NCBI GenBank assembly: GCA_034780895.1
Contig: JAUZTB010000070.1
Location: 26,852,505-26,916,504 of the forward strand
DNA length: 64,000 nt
Direction: 5' to 3'
Source: Rhynchobatus australiae
Lineage: Eukaryota
Of the stretch, positions 63,961 to 64,000 are shown in pieces. The notes under the pieces are model-generated. The model ran no database searches. It worked only from the letters and a program-made list of their open reading frames with translations, and had not been told where the DNA came from. The number at the start of each line of letters is the position of its first letter. The first letter of the stretch is position 1. The position numbers and the translations under genes are program-made.

Positions 63961-64000
63961 AGTATCTCTTTCAGTTTCTCCCCACTATCAGTATCTCTTT

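Noticed and set aside
1-64000. CRISPR arrays, prokaryotic operons, rRNA genes
   Set aside because: None seen; the window is vertebrate intron/intergenic DNA with a spliced gene.

Overview
Vertebrate genomic DNA from a gapped draft assembly. The repeat landscape (HE1/V-SINEs, HER1/CR1 LINEs, Deu/SacSINE1, Rex1-type LINEs, Penelope-like elements) points to a cartilaginous fish (shark or ray). The only protein-coding gene I can reconstruct is SCAMP4 (+ strand). It has a CpG-island promoter and non-coding exon 1 at ~15.3-15.5 kb and six coding exons from 28618 to 38274 (690 nt, 229 aa). A long AT-rich putative 3'UTR may run to ~45.1 kb. A second CpG-island promoter at ~52.4-53.0 kb probably belongs to CSNK1G2 (synteny inference only). 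Most of the remainder is transposon debris. The most notable observations are: (1) a fossil R2-clade (RLE-endonuclease) retrotransposon lying antisense just downstream of the SCAMP4 stop codon, with no 28S rDNA context; (2) an intact minimal hammerhead ribozyme, carried by a TSD-flanked Penelope-derived hairpin mini-element, inserted into that fossil in the mRNA-sense orientation; (3) a Penelope-end insertion that carries an inverted copy of DNA from 1 kb upstream; (4) no visible ADAT3 in SCAMP4 intron 1, where it is nested in human. All family assignments come from motif recognition by eye; no database searches were run.
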